Source: Candidatus Marinacidobacterales bacterium
Lineage (GTDB): Bacteria > Acidobacteriota > Vicinamibacteria > Marinacidobacterales > DATDRI01
Length of the DNA stretch: 64,000 nucleotides
Assembly (NCBI GenBank): GCA_965219415.1
Contig: CBDCNP010000002.1
Coordinates: 1,184,001-1,248,000 of the forward strand
Direction of reading: 5' to 3'
Shown: positions 18,438 through 27,471 of the stretch, piece by piece
Layout of the letters: every line of letters begins with the position of its first letter
Position numbering within the stretch: position 1 is the first letter of the stretch
Notes under the pieces: model-generated
Seen by the model: the letters and a program-made list of their open reading frames with translations, nothing else
What the model was told of the DNA's origin: nothing
The model's database searches: none
Position numbers and translations under genes: made by a program

Positions 18438-19727
18438 TTAGTCTTCGTCCTCGGGTTCGAGCTCCACCGAATCCCCGTCCTGGAGCTCTCGCACGGAAGC
18501 GTACGGGCCGGTAATCACCTGGTCGGCAACCTCGAGGCCGGATAAGACCTCGAAATACCTCTCTCCGGCTATACCCACTTCGACGGGGGTGAACACCGCC
18601 TCCCCGTCTCGGTACACGAAAACACCCTCGAGCTCCTCTTGGTTTTCACTTTCATTTGCGTTCCGAACAATATGACCCTCCGCACCCAGCTCCACTTCGC
18701 GTACCGTCAAAGCTCGGATCGGTACGGCAATCGCCTTATCCCGCGTGGCGGTGGTGATGTCCGCGGTGCAGGAGAAACCGGGCCGCACGCCCGGCACTTC
18801 ATCCTCGAGCGTTACCTCCGCCTCGAAACTAGTGGCCTGTCGATCACCACCGCCACTCGTCCCATTCGCCCCGGGCTGCGTTGCGCTCGAGCCAATCTTC
18901 GTAACCCGGCCACGAAACTCCTGGTCAGGGAACGCGTCAATCGAGACAACGGCACGCTGGCCGAGTCGTACGTCCACGACGTCCGTCTCATCCACTTCGA
19001 GCTCGGCCTGAATGACCGACAGATCGGCAACCGTCATGAGCACCGTTCCCGGATTGTTCATCGTTCCCACCAGCACCGTCTCTCCTTCTTCAATCGTCAA
19101 TCGAGTTATGGCGCCGGTCATGGGTGACACGATAGTCACTTTGCTAAGGCCATGTCGCGCGCTCCGAACGTTGGCAATCTCCTGCTCGAGCCGCTGTTCT
19201 TGAGTTCGGACCTCGGTCTCCCTGGCGGTGAGCTCGCTTCGCCGGACTTTGACCTCGCTTTCCGCGCGGTCGAGCGCCTCTTTCGATACCAGCGCGTCCT
19301 TATATAGCTCCTGGATGCGTTCCTGATTGAGAAGCACCAGCTCCAGGTTGGCCCGGGCGGTCTCCACGTCTACGTGAGCCGTATTCAAGGCCTCCCGGGC
19401 CGCACCCAAACCAGCCTCGCCCCGTTGTACGGCGCTTTCCGCCGCCTCCGGATCGATCGCGAGTAGAAACTGCCCAACCTTGACACCCTGCCCCTCCTCG
19501 ACCGCCAATTCGGTCACGCGGCCCATGGTGTCGGCGCTGATATTGACCAAGCGCTTGGGTTGGATCTTTCCCGACGCGGAGACAGTGGCCACTAGATCTC
19601 GGAGCTCGATGGACTCCACCTGGACAACAGGGTCGCTGTTGCGTGTGAAATAGAAATAAAGGGAGGCCAGAGCGGCCGCGACCACTAGGATCCCGGCGAT
19701 GACGATTTTCCGCCTTGTCACGGTCAT
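18438..19727 (-). CDS. MacA-like periplasmic adaptor (membrane fusion protein)
   Basis: N-terminal TM, ASGKIQP, lipoyl halves, coiled hairpin, VDETDV, RPGFS. Confidence 0.92.
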   Translation of the reverse strand: MTVTRRKIVIAGILVVAAALASLYFYFTRNSDPVVQVESIELRDLVATVSASGKIQPKRLVNISADTMGRVTELAVEEGQGVKVGQFLLAIDPEAAESAVQRGEAGLGAAREALNTAHVDVETARANLELVLLNQERIQELYKDALVSKEALDRAESEVKVRRSELTARETEVRTQEQRLEQEIANVRSARHGLSKVTIVSPMTGAITRLTIEEGETVLVGTMNNPGTVLMTVADLSVIQAELEVDETDVVDVRLGQRAVVSIDAFPDQEFRGRVTKIGSSATQPGANGTSGGGDRQATSFEAEVTLEDEVPGVRPGFSCTADITTATRDKAIAVPIRALTVREVELGAEGHIVRNANESENQEELEGVFVYRDGEAVFTPVEVGIAGERYFEVLSGLEVADQVITGPYASVRELQDGDSVELEPEDED

Positions 19728-19782
19728 AGGTTGCGTTTCCGTGCGGAGCTCACCACTGCACCCAGTCTACCTCGACCGGCGA

Positions 19783-21009
19783 TCACTCGCTCCAGCCGAA
19801 ACGGCGAGCGCGGTACAAGAGTGCAAACGAACCCATGATCAAGAAGAGAAGGACGCCGTTGATCCCTTGTGCGAGGGGGGCTCCGAGAGCTGCCGCCAAG
19901 GCACCTACTTCGAGATGGCCGAGCGGCCCGAGCCCGCGACTGAAGTTCCAGACGCCAACGGCCGCGCCGCGCTCACCGTCACGAACTCCATACTGAAGAA
20001 GCGCGGGAAGAAGGGAGTCTACGCTCGCCCAAATCGCACCAACGACGCCCAACAGCAGTAGTGACAACAAATAAGTCGGCGCGGCGGAGAACGCGACGAG
20101 GCCAAGACCAAAGAACGCACCCAGCCACAGCACCAGTGGACCACGGTACAACCGCCTCGGAAGACTGGCCAGCACCACCAACCCGATGACGCTACCCAAG
20201 TTGCGAACCGCGTACATCGCGCCCAAACCACTCTCCCCTACTTGGAGAACGTGCATTGCAAAACTAGGGAGCACGACATCACTCGAAAAAGCGAGGATCT
20301 CGGCGGCCGCCACGACTATGGCCAAGACGATAACGTTCTTGTTTTTCCACAGCAGGATCAGGCTCTTGAACATGGGAGGCTCTTCTTCACCCTCGACGTT
20401 TGAGGGACGGGGTGTTTGCGGGATAAGTGCGAGCGACAAAGCCCCAAGCAAATAAGCGGCTGCGATCGCCGCGAAGGCGGCACCGGCTCCCCAAACCGCG
20501 AGAAGCGAGCCGGCCGCCAGCGCGCCGAAGAAACCGAATGCCTTGTCCCCCAGCATGTTGAGAGCGATTCCGTTGACGGCTTCTTCCGGACCGACCACGT
20601 CATAGCAGAAGGCCCTATCGGTCGTGGTCAGGCAAACGTCGGTCACCCCGAGTAGGAGGGCGATCCCTACCAGCACGGGGAAAGCCAACCCTCCCTGGAC
20701 GCTCGTGATGGACGTGCCGGCTCCCACTACCGCGCCGAAGCAATAAACGACCTGCAAAAGTTTCCGCCGGTCGCGTCGGTCCGACAAGGCACCCCATGGA
20801 ACAGCCAGAAAGAATCGGGGAATCGTACGAGAGGCGACGACGATGCCAACCGCCAGTGGAGATCCGGTGAGCGCGAGCGCCAACCAGCCAATGGAAACCT
20901 GAATCGCGGCCGTCGCGAAGCCGTTCAGAGAGGCGGCGAGCCAAACGAAGGGATAGCCAGGCCGACGAAACGACGCGAGGGTCTTTGCGGTGATGAGCGG
21001 ATTAGGCAA
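19783..21009 (-). CDS. MFS transporter
   Basis: About 12 hydrophobic segments; GALSDRRDRR motif A. Confidence 0.88.
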   Translation of the reverse strand: MPNPLITAKTLASFRRPGYPFVWLAASLNGFATAAIQVSIGWLALALTGSPLAVGIVVASRTIPRFFLAVPWGALSDRRDRRKLLQVVYCFGAVVGAGTSITSVQGGLAFPVLVGIALLLGVTDVCLTTTDRAFCYDVVGPEEAVNGIALNMLGDKAFGFFGALAAGSLLAVWGAGAAFAAIAAAYLLGALSLALIPQTPRPSNVEGEEEPPMFKSLILLWKNKNVIVLAIVVAAAEILAFSSDVVLPSFAMHVLQVGESGLGAMYAVRNLGSVIGLVVLASLPRRLYRGPLVLWLGAFFGLGLVAFSAAPTYLLSLLLLGVVGAIWASVDSLLPALLQYGVRDGERGAAVGVWNFSRGLGPLGHLEVGALAAALGAPLAQGINGVLLFLIMGSFALLYRARRFGWSE

Positions 21010-21013
21010 AGAT

Positions 21014-22219
21014 TTAGCAGTACAACTCGAAGTAGTCGGTTAGACCTTCGTCCTGGTCCAAGTTCACGGGCTTCCCGTTCTTCAGGACTCGCTTGACCTT
21101 GCGGACATTGGAAATGTCCTCCAGGGGGTTGGCGGAAAGCACCAGCAAGTCGGCGAGCTTGCCCACCTCTATCGTCCCGAGCCTGTCGGTAACTTCGCAG
21201 AGATCGGCACCGGTGCGGGTGGCAGCGATGAGCGCTTCCATCTCGCTCATGCCCGCCTTCACCATATACTCGAGCTCCCGCCTGGTGAACTCAGCGGTCG
21301 GCGTGGAATCGCTGCCACATGCGATCTTCACCCCCGCCTTCAACGCTTTCTGAAAACCCTCCAGGTGAGCGCTCGCCGCCGCACGGGCCTTCTTTATCTG
21401 GAACTTCGGCAGCTCTTTGATGAACTCCTCGTCCTGCGTCGAGGAAATCGTAGGTACGTAGAACACGTCGTGGTCGAGCATCATCTGGATCGCCTCGTCA
21501 TCGAGCAGCCCGTGCTCGATGGAATCGACCCCGCCTCGAATGGCGGTCTTGATGCCCGGCGCGCCCCATGCGTGAACCGCCACGCGCTTGCCCTTTTGGT
21601 GCGCCACTTCGGTCGCCGCCTGGATTTCGTCGAGCAAGAACTGGGATTCCTGCATCGTCTCGCCCTCGGTCATGATCCCACCCGTCACCATGAGCTTGAT
21701 CTGATCGGCTCCGTGTTTGAGATTCTCGCGCACCGCCTTGCGCATTTCCCAAGGACCATCTACTTCGAGGGCACCCAAGGTTCCGTGCCCGTGTCCCCCG
21801 GTGATCGAGATGCCCCTGGTGCAGACAAAAAGACGTGGCCCCACCATCACACCGGCCTCGAAGGCTCGCTTCCAGGCGACGTCCACGAAGCTGCTCTCCC
21901 CGACCACGCGAATGCCGGTGATGCCGGCGTGAAGCGCGTCCATCGCGTTGCGACCAGCTCGAATGGTGTAGTCCCCAATCGCTTCCGTCTCCAGGAGGTT
22001 GTGAGGATCGGGGATGAGATCACCCAAATGCGCGTGAACCTCCCACAGACCTGGTAGGAGATAACCGCCCTCGAGGTCCAGCACGCGAGCCCCCGCCGCA
22101 TCCGCGGGGCCGGTGCTCAAACCGGTGATTGTGTCGCCTTCGATGACGACGCTCATGCCGTCCTTGGGCGCTTGGCCCGTGCCATCGATGACTGTGCAAT
22201 TGGTCAAGATGGTTTGCAT
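21014..22219 (-). CDS. Metal-dependent amidohydrolase (Xaa-Pro dipeptidase/imidazolonepropionase-like subtype)
   Basis: Real start MQTILTNCTVIDG at 22219; PGLWEVHAH, TGGHG, GADQIKL, HAWG, SIEHG, GSD, GKLADL. Confidence 0.9.
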   Translation of the reverse strand: MQTILTNCTVIDGTGQAPKDGMSVVIEGDTITGLSTGPADAAGARVLDLEGGYLLPGLWEVHAHLGDLIPDPHNLLETEAIGDYTIRAGRNAMDALHAGITGIRVVGESSFVDVAWKRAFEAGVMVGPRLFVCTRGISITGGHGHGTLGALEVDGPWEMRKAVRENLKHGADQIKLMVTGGIMTEGETMQESQFLLDEIQAATEVAHQKGKRVAVHAWGAPGIKTAIRGGVDSIEHGLLDDEAIQMMLDHDVFYVPTISSTQDEEFIKELPKFQIKKARAAASAHLEGFQKALKAGVKIACGSDSTPTAEFTRRELEYMVKAGMSEMEALIAATRTGADLCEVTDRLGTIEVGKLADLLVLSANPLEDISNVRKVKRVLKNGKPVNLDQDEGLTDYFELYC

Positions 22220-22221
22220 GG

Positions 22222-23223
22222 CTAAAGCCCACCCAAACCCAAGTCCGCATTCAGGCGATTCTTCTCGACCATCACCACGCCATCCAACTCGACCTTCGCC
22301 GACGTGAGCACCACGTCGGCGTGGACTCCACAGGGACCGACCGTCCCCTTGAAATCGGGGTCCTGACTGCCGAAGCCGAAGGTGATCGCCCCGAGAACAT
22401 GCTCGTCTTGGTGGGTGCTTCCGCTCGTCTTCGCGCGAGGGTTCAGACCGATCGTGAAATGGCAGAGATGGAACGCGGTTGCCTCCCCGCTCTCCTCGAA
22501 ATGGGCGCGGAGCGCGCTGGCGTCGGCCCCACCCTCGATCTCGACGATGACGCCCTTTTCGAGACGGCAGGTCACCGGAGCGTTTACCAGTCGACCGGGC
22601 GGCACATTTCCATCGATGACGATGGTACCTTCGATGGTTTCTTCGATCGGAGCGTTGGCGGCGGAAACTCCCGGAAAAAAATCGGCCTCGCCGGGCGCGG
22701 TCGCCATGCCGTCTCCGACCAGGGCCGGACGCCCTTTCATGTGAAAACTGATATCTGTCCCCAAAGGAGACGTGACGCGACAGACCTCGGTCTTTTCCCA
22801 AAGCTCACAGACGCGTTCTGCGACCTTCACCATCTGCGGATAGTCCACGTTCAAGATACCCTCGACGGCAAACTCCTCCATACCGGCGACCGACGTGGAC
22901 GCGATGCGGGTCCCTTTCTCGCGTGCTTTGTTGGTGGCTTCTTTCTCGACGAACATCGTCTCGCAAAGCCCGACAATGACGTCGGCTCCGAGAATAGCGC
23001 CCGCCGCCGGGACGCCGAGCTCGGTGGTGTCGGTCGACGCCATCCTGGGAATGACCAGAAGCTGGGCGTTGGCTTTCGCATTGATTCCCGCAATCAAGCA
23101 GGCTTCAGCGATCTCCACGTCGGTCCAGGTATCGGCCAAGATCAGAAGATTCTCGCCCGCTTTCACCTGCCCCATCATCCGCACCGCGATCTCACCAAAC
23201 TCACCCCACTGCATGACTGACAT
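22222..23223 (-). CDS. M29/aminopeptidase-T fold protein with NicX-like Fe ligands
   Basis: GTDI, A..PGE.D.FP, IEGTIVIDG, EKGVI..IEGG, LCHFTIGLNPRA, VHAD. Confidence 0.7.
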   Translation of the reverse strand: MSVMQWGEFGEIAVRMMGQVKAGENLLILADTWTDVEIAEACLIAGINAKANAQLLVIPRMASTDTTELGVPAAGAILGADVIVGLCETMFVEKEATNKAREKGTRIASTSVAGMEEFAVEGILNVDYPQMVKVAERVCELWEKTEVCRVTSPLGTDISFHMKGRPALVGDGMATAPGEADFFPGVSAANAPIEETIEGTIVIDGNVPPGRLVNAPVTCRLEKGVIVEIEGGADASALRAHFEESGEATAFHLCHFTIGLNPRAKTSGSTHQDEHVLGAITFGFGSQDPDFKGTVGPCGVHADVVLTSAKVELDGVVMVEKNRLNADLGLGGL

Positions 23224-23238
23224 CTAACCTTCCTCTCT

Positions 23239-24276
23239 CTATGAGCTAACCGGCGTGACCACGAGGCGAAAGCCGTCCGCGTCGTCGCGTCCCGATGGTG
23301 GCACACCATCCCGGAACGTGCTCCGCGCGCGCTCCGGCTCGACGGTAAACGCCCCGCCGCGCATTCCTCGCAGAACTTCGGGCTCGGCATCCAAGTTCTC
23401 TCGACCATCACTCGGATCGTAAGGATATCTGAACTCCAGTTTCTTCAAATCTCTCCCCATCAAACTCCGCATCCAGTTCCAGGTATTGCCACTCATGTCG
23501 GCCACACCATAGGGGCTACGCCCGGCAGGAAAACAACCGACCGGGGTCGTGGTACCGACACCGGTGTCACGGTAGTTCGCTTTGTCGGGATCGATCTCGT
23601 CGCCCCACGGGTAGGTGCTACCGTCTTTTCCTCGTGCCGCCTTTTCCCATTCCGCTTCCGAGGGAAGCGTCACCACAGTGGATCCATCACGCAATCCCTG
23701 CCAAAACAACTGCTCTCCCTCGGTCATGTCGTCCTTTGGAGAGAGAGCGGTCAGTTTTCCGGTGAGCCATTCGCAATACTTTCGGGCCTCGTACCAGCTC
23801 ACCCAAGCGACGGGATGATTGGCGGGACCTCGCAGAGTGTCGGGAGTCCCGGGCTCCACTCCGGTCTCTTCCACGAAGGCACGAAACTGAGCTACCGTGA
23901 CGTGATAGCGGCCGATATAGAAAGTAGGCAAATTCACTTCATGACGTTCCTCACCCTCACCCATCATGAAAGAACCTTCGGGAACCTCGACGAATCCAAG
24001 GAGCGGCTCGTTGGGAAGATGAAAGGCATCGGCCCGAAACCGCGGGTCCCCGATCTTCGCAAGAACGTTCCCCGCCTCTACCCGCTCGCTGCTGCTCAGG
24101 GCTCCTGCCTCGAGGAGAGCTGCCAACCCAACTCGCGTCTCTTCGGTCCTCGCTTGCAAAGTCCCGGCACCCGGTTCACTAGCGACCAACGATTTGCCGG
24201 CCGCGATGGCCTCGCGCCACGTCTCGTCGAGAATCGATGACGCCTGGGTGGGTCCGTCTGGCGGTAACTCCTTCAC
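23239..24276 (-). CDS. FGE-sulfatase (SUMF1/EgtB/PvdO) domain protein
   Basis: F.MG, PVAWVSWYEA, LPSEAEWEKAARG, YPWG, SPYGVADMSGN, RGG, GFR. No FGE catalytic cysteines. Confidence 0.85.
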   Translation of the reverse strand: MKELPPDGPTQASSILDETWREAIAAGKSLVASEPGAGTLQARTEETRVGLAALLEAGALSSSERVEAGNVLAKIGDPRFRADAFHLPNEPLLGFVEVPEGSFMMGEGEERHEVNLPTFYIGRYHVTVAQFRAFVEETGVEPGTPDTLRGPANHPVAWVSWYEARKYCEWLTGKLTALSPKDDMTEGEQLFWQGLRDGSTVVTLPSEAEWEKAARGKDGSTYPWGDEIDPDKANYRDTGVGTTTPVGCFPAGRSPYGVADMSGNTWNWMRSLMGRDLKKLEFRYPYDPSDGRENLDAEPEVLRGMRGGAFTVEPERARSTFRDGVPPSGRDDADGFRLVVTPVSS

Positions 24277-24410
24277 GATTTCCGTACTTCGGAAGACGAA
24301 CCCATCATCATTGGTACCGAGCTAGAAAAGAAGCGGAACAAACGCATCATAGCTTGGTAAGTATATGGATTCGCTACGCTACTGTCGATACCCGAACTCC
24401 TTCGCAACAC

Positions 24411-24454
24411 GCATGCAATATACAATGAATCGACGATTCGTCATTGCATACAAT
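24411..24454. promoter_or_regulatory. GntR/FadR-like operator candidates in a divergent promoter
   Basis: GCATGCAATATACAAT (24411-24426) and palindrome ATTG-CATA-CAAT (24443-24454). Confidence 0.55.
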
Positions 24455-24496
24455 TACAGGGTCCGGATAGAATCCTGCGAACGGGAGGAAACAAGG

Positions 24497-25837
24497 ATGC
24501 ACCGAACGCTACCGACCATTCTTATCGTCTCCACTTTGTCGACGGGAGCGAGCTTCGTCGTTTCGAGCTCCGCCGCGCCTGGAGACGCTCGCTCACGCTG
24601 GGAGATCTCCTGCATGATCCGTCACGACAAGTTCGACTACGTACTCCCCGGTGCGATGCGGCGCAACGACATCGATATGTGGATCGTCATCGACCGCGGT
24701 CGAGGCACCCAACCGATGACGCGTGATTTCGGCGTCGCTACCGTCAACGGCCAAGGCTTCTTTGTCTTTTCCGACCGCGGCGGCGATCGTATCGAACGGA
24801 TTCAACTCGGTGGGGAGATCGACCTGGCGGAAGCGTGCGGTGCCTACGATAGGTTCGATGAACCGGAAGACCTGCGATCGATCGTCGAGGAGCGCGACCC
24901 GGAGCGTATCGGTCTGAACTACCTAGCCATTCCGAATAACACAGAGGGACTTCACATCGCCGACGGCCTCTCCTACACCGATTTCAAATTTCTCGAGAGC
25001 GAACTGGGCGAAGAGTATGCGTCCCGCTTCGTTTCGGCCCAGCACCTCATCGCCGACTTCCACGGCGAGCGGGTGGCTGGCGAGATCATCGAGTTTTCGA
25101 AGATCGGCGACATCACTCGCCGGCTCGAAGAGCGAGCCCTATCCAATGAGATCATCACCCCAGGCGTAACGACACACAACGACGTCTCGCGGTGGTTGGA
25201 GGAACAGCGTGAAGCGATGGGGATGTTAAGGGCGTGGTACCCCACGGTCTACACTCACCTTCCGGACGGCGGCGAGATCGGCAACACTGAGCGCGTTATC
25301 CAACGGGGTGATGTCTTGCAGATCGACTACGGTGCCGACCGCAACAACTTCACAACCGATATCAAGCGTTTCGCCTATGTCCTCCGAGAAGGCGAAACCG
25401 AGCCACCCCCCGGCGTACTCGAGGCCTTTGCCGAGGCGAAAAAAGTGCGAGCGATCATTCGCAAGCACGTCAAATCAGGGCGCTCCGGGCGGGAGCAGTT
25501 GGACGAGCTCAAGCAGATCATTAGAGACGCCGGCTACGTCTATACGGAGGATGAGCGAGCCAGCGACGTGCCAGGCATCGAGGTCAACGTCGGCATGCAC
25601 GCCGCGGGGAACATTGGTCACGACATGGCCGCGAGCCTCTTCGAGATTTTTCCGGAGAGGACCAAGTACGTTGTCCGGCCCGACGCGATTATTTCCCTCG
25701 AATATATCGTTTTCACGCCCGCGGCCGAATGGAACGGGGGGAAGATCCCGGTGAATGTCGAGGAGAACGTCTTGATCACCGAGCGCGGCATCGAGTGGTT
25801 GTACCCGCCGCAGGAGCGGGTGCTTGTGATTCGCTAG
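24497..25837 (+). CDS. Exported M24 Xaa-Pro peptidase family protein, paralog 3 (canonical ligands)
   Basis: GGGAGG RBS, ATG 24497, signal peptide; QIDYG, TTDIK, MHAAGNIGH, SLEY, VEEN. Confidence 0.85.
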   Translation: MHRTLPTILIVSTLSTGASFVVSSSAAPGDARSRWEISCMIRHDKFDYVLPGAMRRNDIDMWIVIDRGRGTQPMTRDFGVATVNGQGFFVFSDRGGDRIERIQLGGEIDLAEACGAYDRFDEPEDLRSIVEERDPERIGLNYLAIPNNTEGLHIADGLSYTDFKFLESELGEEYASRFVSAQHLIADFHGERVAGEIIEFSKIGDITRRLEERALSNEIITPGVTTHNDVSRWLEEQREAMGMLRAWYPTVYTHLPDGGEIGNTERVIQRGDVLQIDYGADRNNFTTDIKRFAYVLREGETEPPPGVLEAFAEAKKVRAIIRKHVKSGRSGREQLDELKQIIRDAGYVYTEDERASDVPGIEVNVGMHAAGNIGHDMAASLFEIFPERTKYVVRPDAIISLEYIVFTPAAEWNGGKIPVNVEENVLITERGIEWLYPPQERVLVIR

Positions 25838-25862
25838 CGAGCCTCCTGAGGCACTTTAGATT

Positions 25863-27458
25863 ATGCCATCGGACGAGAATTACGACACCCTCCTCGCTCT
25901 ATTCGAGGAGTTCCGTGACTTCATAAAACCCGCCATCGTCGACGGGGCTCCCGATTTCACCGCCGGCGCGATGGCAACCCAGTATGACGGCCTTAGGGAT
26001 CTCCAGAACCGCCTCGCAGCAATCGATATCAGCGATTGGAGCGTAGAACGCCAAGTCGACTACCACGTCGTTCGCGCCGAGATGAACGGCGTCGCCTTCG
26101 ATCACCGCGTCCTCAAGCCATGGGCTCGCGATCCCGGGTTCTACAACCTCACCGACGGTATCTATCCTCGCCTCCTCGTGCATCACTCGCGAAGCCTGGC
26201 CACCTGGGGACTGGTGGAACCAACCGTCCCGCTGTCCGAAGCAGGCATCGTTGACTTCCGCGCGAGGCTGCGAACAGTGCCCAAGCTTTTCGCTCAGGCC
26301 AAGATCAATCTGATCGAAGCGGCCTCCGATCTCGCCACCATTGCTATCCGGGTGAAAGAAAAGGACATCCAGCTGCTAACCAGTATCCGGGCTCAGTTCG
26401 CCGAGCACCACCCCGAGCTCCTTCCGGATGTCGATGCCGCCATTGCCGCCACCGAGGATTTTCGGGACTGGCTCGTGAAGAACAAGAGCCGGATGACCGC
26501 ACCGGCTGGAATCGGGAAAGAAAACTACAACTGGTGGATGAAAAATGTCCATCTCATTCCCTATTCCTGGGAAGAGTTCCATACGATGATCCAGGCCGAG
26601 TACGATCGTGCGATCACGTTTTTGAAGCTGGAAGAGAACAGGAACCGGAAGCTGCCTGACTTCCAGCTGACGGCGTCAAAGGAGGAGAACGCTCGCCGAC
26701 AAAGAGACGCGGTGGCGCAGCTCATGAACTTTCTCCGCGAGGAAGAGATCATCACCGTTCCCGACGACCTGGGACCTCTCCCCCCCGAACAGTATCCTCG
26801 CGTTTGGGGTATCAGCGCATATCTGAAAGAAGATGATCGCGGTTTCTTCGAAGAGACCAACGACCGCGAACCGATGACCAACCTTGCGCATGTGTTCTTC
26901 GGCCACTATTACACCCGGGGTCGAAAAATCTGGTATCAAGAGAAGGACACTCGTCCAATTCGCGGAAGTATTAGGCTCTACGACATGCACGAGGCGAGGT
27001 CTGAGGCCTTGGCCTTCGGTATTGAAGAGTGGCTGTTGCAAGCTGGCCTCTTCGATGAAAGGCCTCGGTCGAGAGAGATCACGTACATATGGTTGGCCTT
27101 CCGGGCGGTTCGTGCTCTGTCCGACCTGCGGATGCACAGCAATGAATACACATTGGAGGATGGCCTGAAGAACACCTCCGACGGCATCCCCTACCCATGG
27201 GCAGAAGCGGACAGCGACGCGGTCTGGTGGGATACGGAGGAAACGCTGCGCGCCCCGGGGCATAGCTCGAACTACGTCGTCGGGCGCAACATGATGCAGG
27301 GCCTCATGGCGGCGAGGGTGAGACAGCTAGGCAGTGACTTCACGGTTCGGCGATTCTTCGATGAGTTCATGAGCGCGGGGATCGTTCCGATCGCGCTGAC
27401 GCACTGGGAGCTGACCGGCGTCGAGGATCAGATGAGAGTCTTGCTGGAAAAAGACTGA
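25863..27458 (+). CDS. DUF885 family protein
   Basis: QVDYHVVRAEMNG, PWARDPGFY, AGIGKENY.W, HVFFGH, SEALAF, RAVRA.SD..MH, NYVVG, F.VRRFFDEF...G.VP. Confidence 0.8.
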   Translation: MPSDENYDTLLALFEEFRDFIKPAIVDGAPDFTAGAMATQYDGLRDLQNRLAAIDISDWSVERQVDYHVVRAEMNGVAFDHRVLKPWARDPGFYNLTDGIYPRLLVHHSRSLATWGLVEPTVPLSEAGIVDFRARLRTVPKLFAQAKINLIEAASDLATIAIRVKEKDIQLLTSIRAQFAEHHPELLPDVDAAIAATEDFRDWLVKNKSRMTAPAGIGKENYNWWMKNVHLIPYSWEEFHTMIQAEYDRAITFLKLEENRNRKLPDFQLTASKEENARRQRDAVAQLMNFLREEEIITVPDDLGPLPPEQYPRVWGISAYLKEDDRGFFEETNDREPMTNLAHVFFGHYYTRGRKIWYQEKDTRPIRGSIRLYDMHEARSEALAFGIEEWLLQAGLFDERPRSREITYIWLAFRAVRALSDLRMHSNEYTLEDGLKNTSDGIPYPWAEADSDAVWWDTEETLRAPGHSSNYVVGRNMMQGLMAARVRQLGSDFTVRRFFDEFMSAGIVPIALTHWELTGVEDQMRVLLEKD

Positions 27459-27471
27459 GGAGTATCGAGAC

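Noticed and set aside
15193-19727. MacAB-like operon as a novel system
   Set aside because: Common adaptor-permease-permease-ATPase arrangement.
21014-22801. 595-aa amidohydrolase with an Arg-rich N-terminus
   Set aside because: The extension is an off-frame overlap with 22222-23223; the real start is 22219.
23239-24276. Diversity-generating retroelement targeting the FGE (CLec-fold) gene
   Set aside because: No reverse transcriptase and no template copy of its 3' end seen; mismatches in the other repeat pairs are not adenine-specific.
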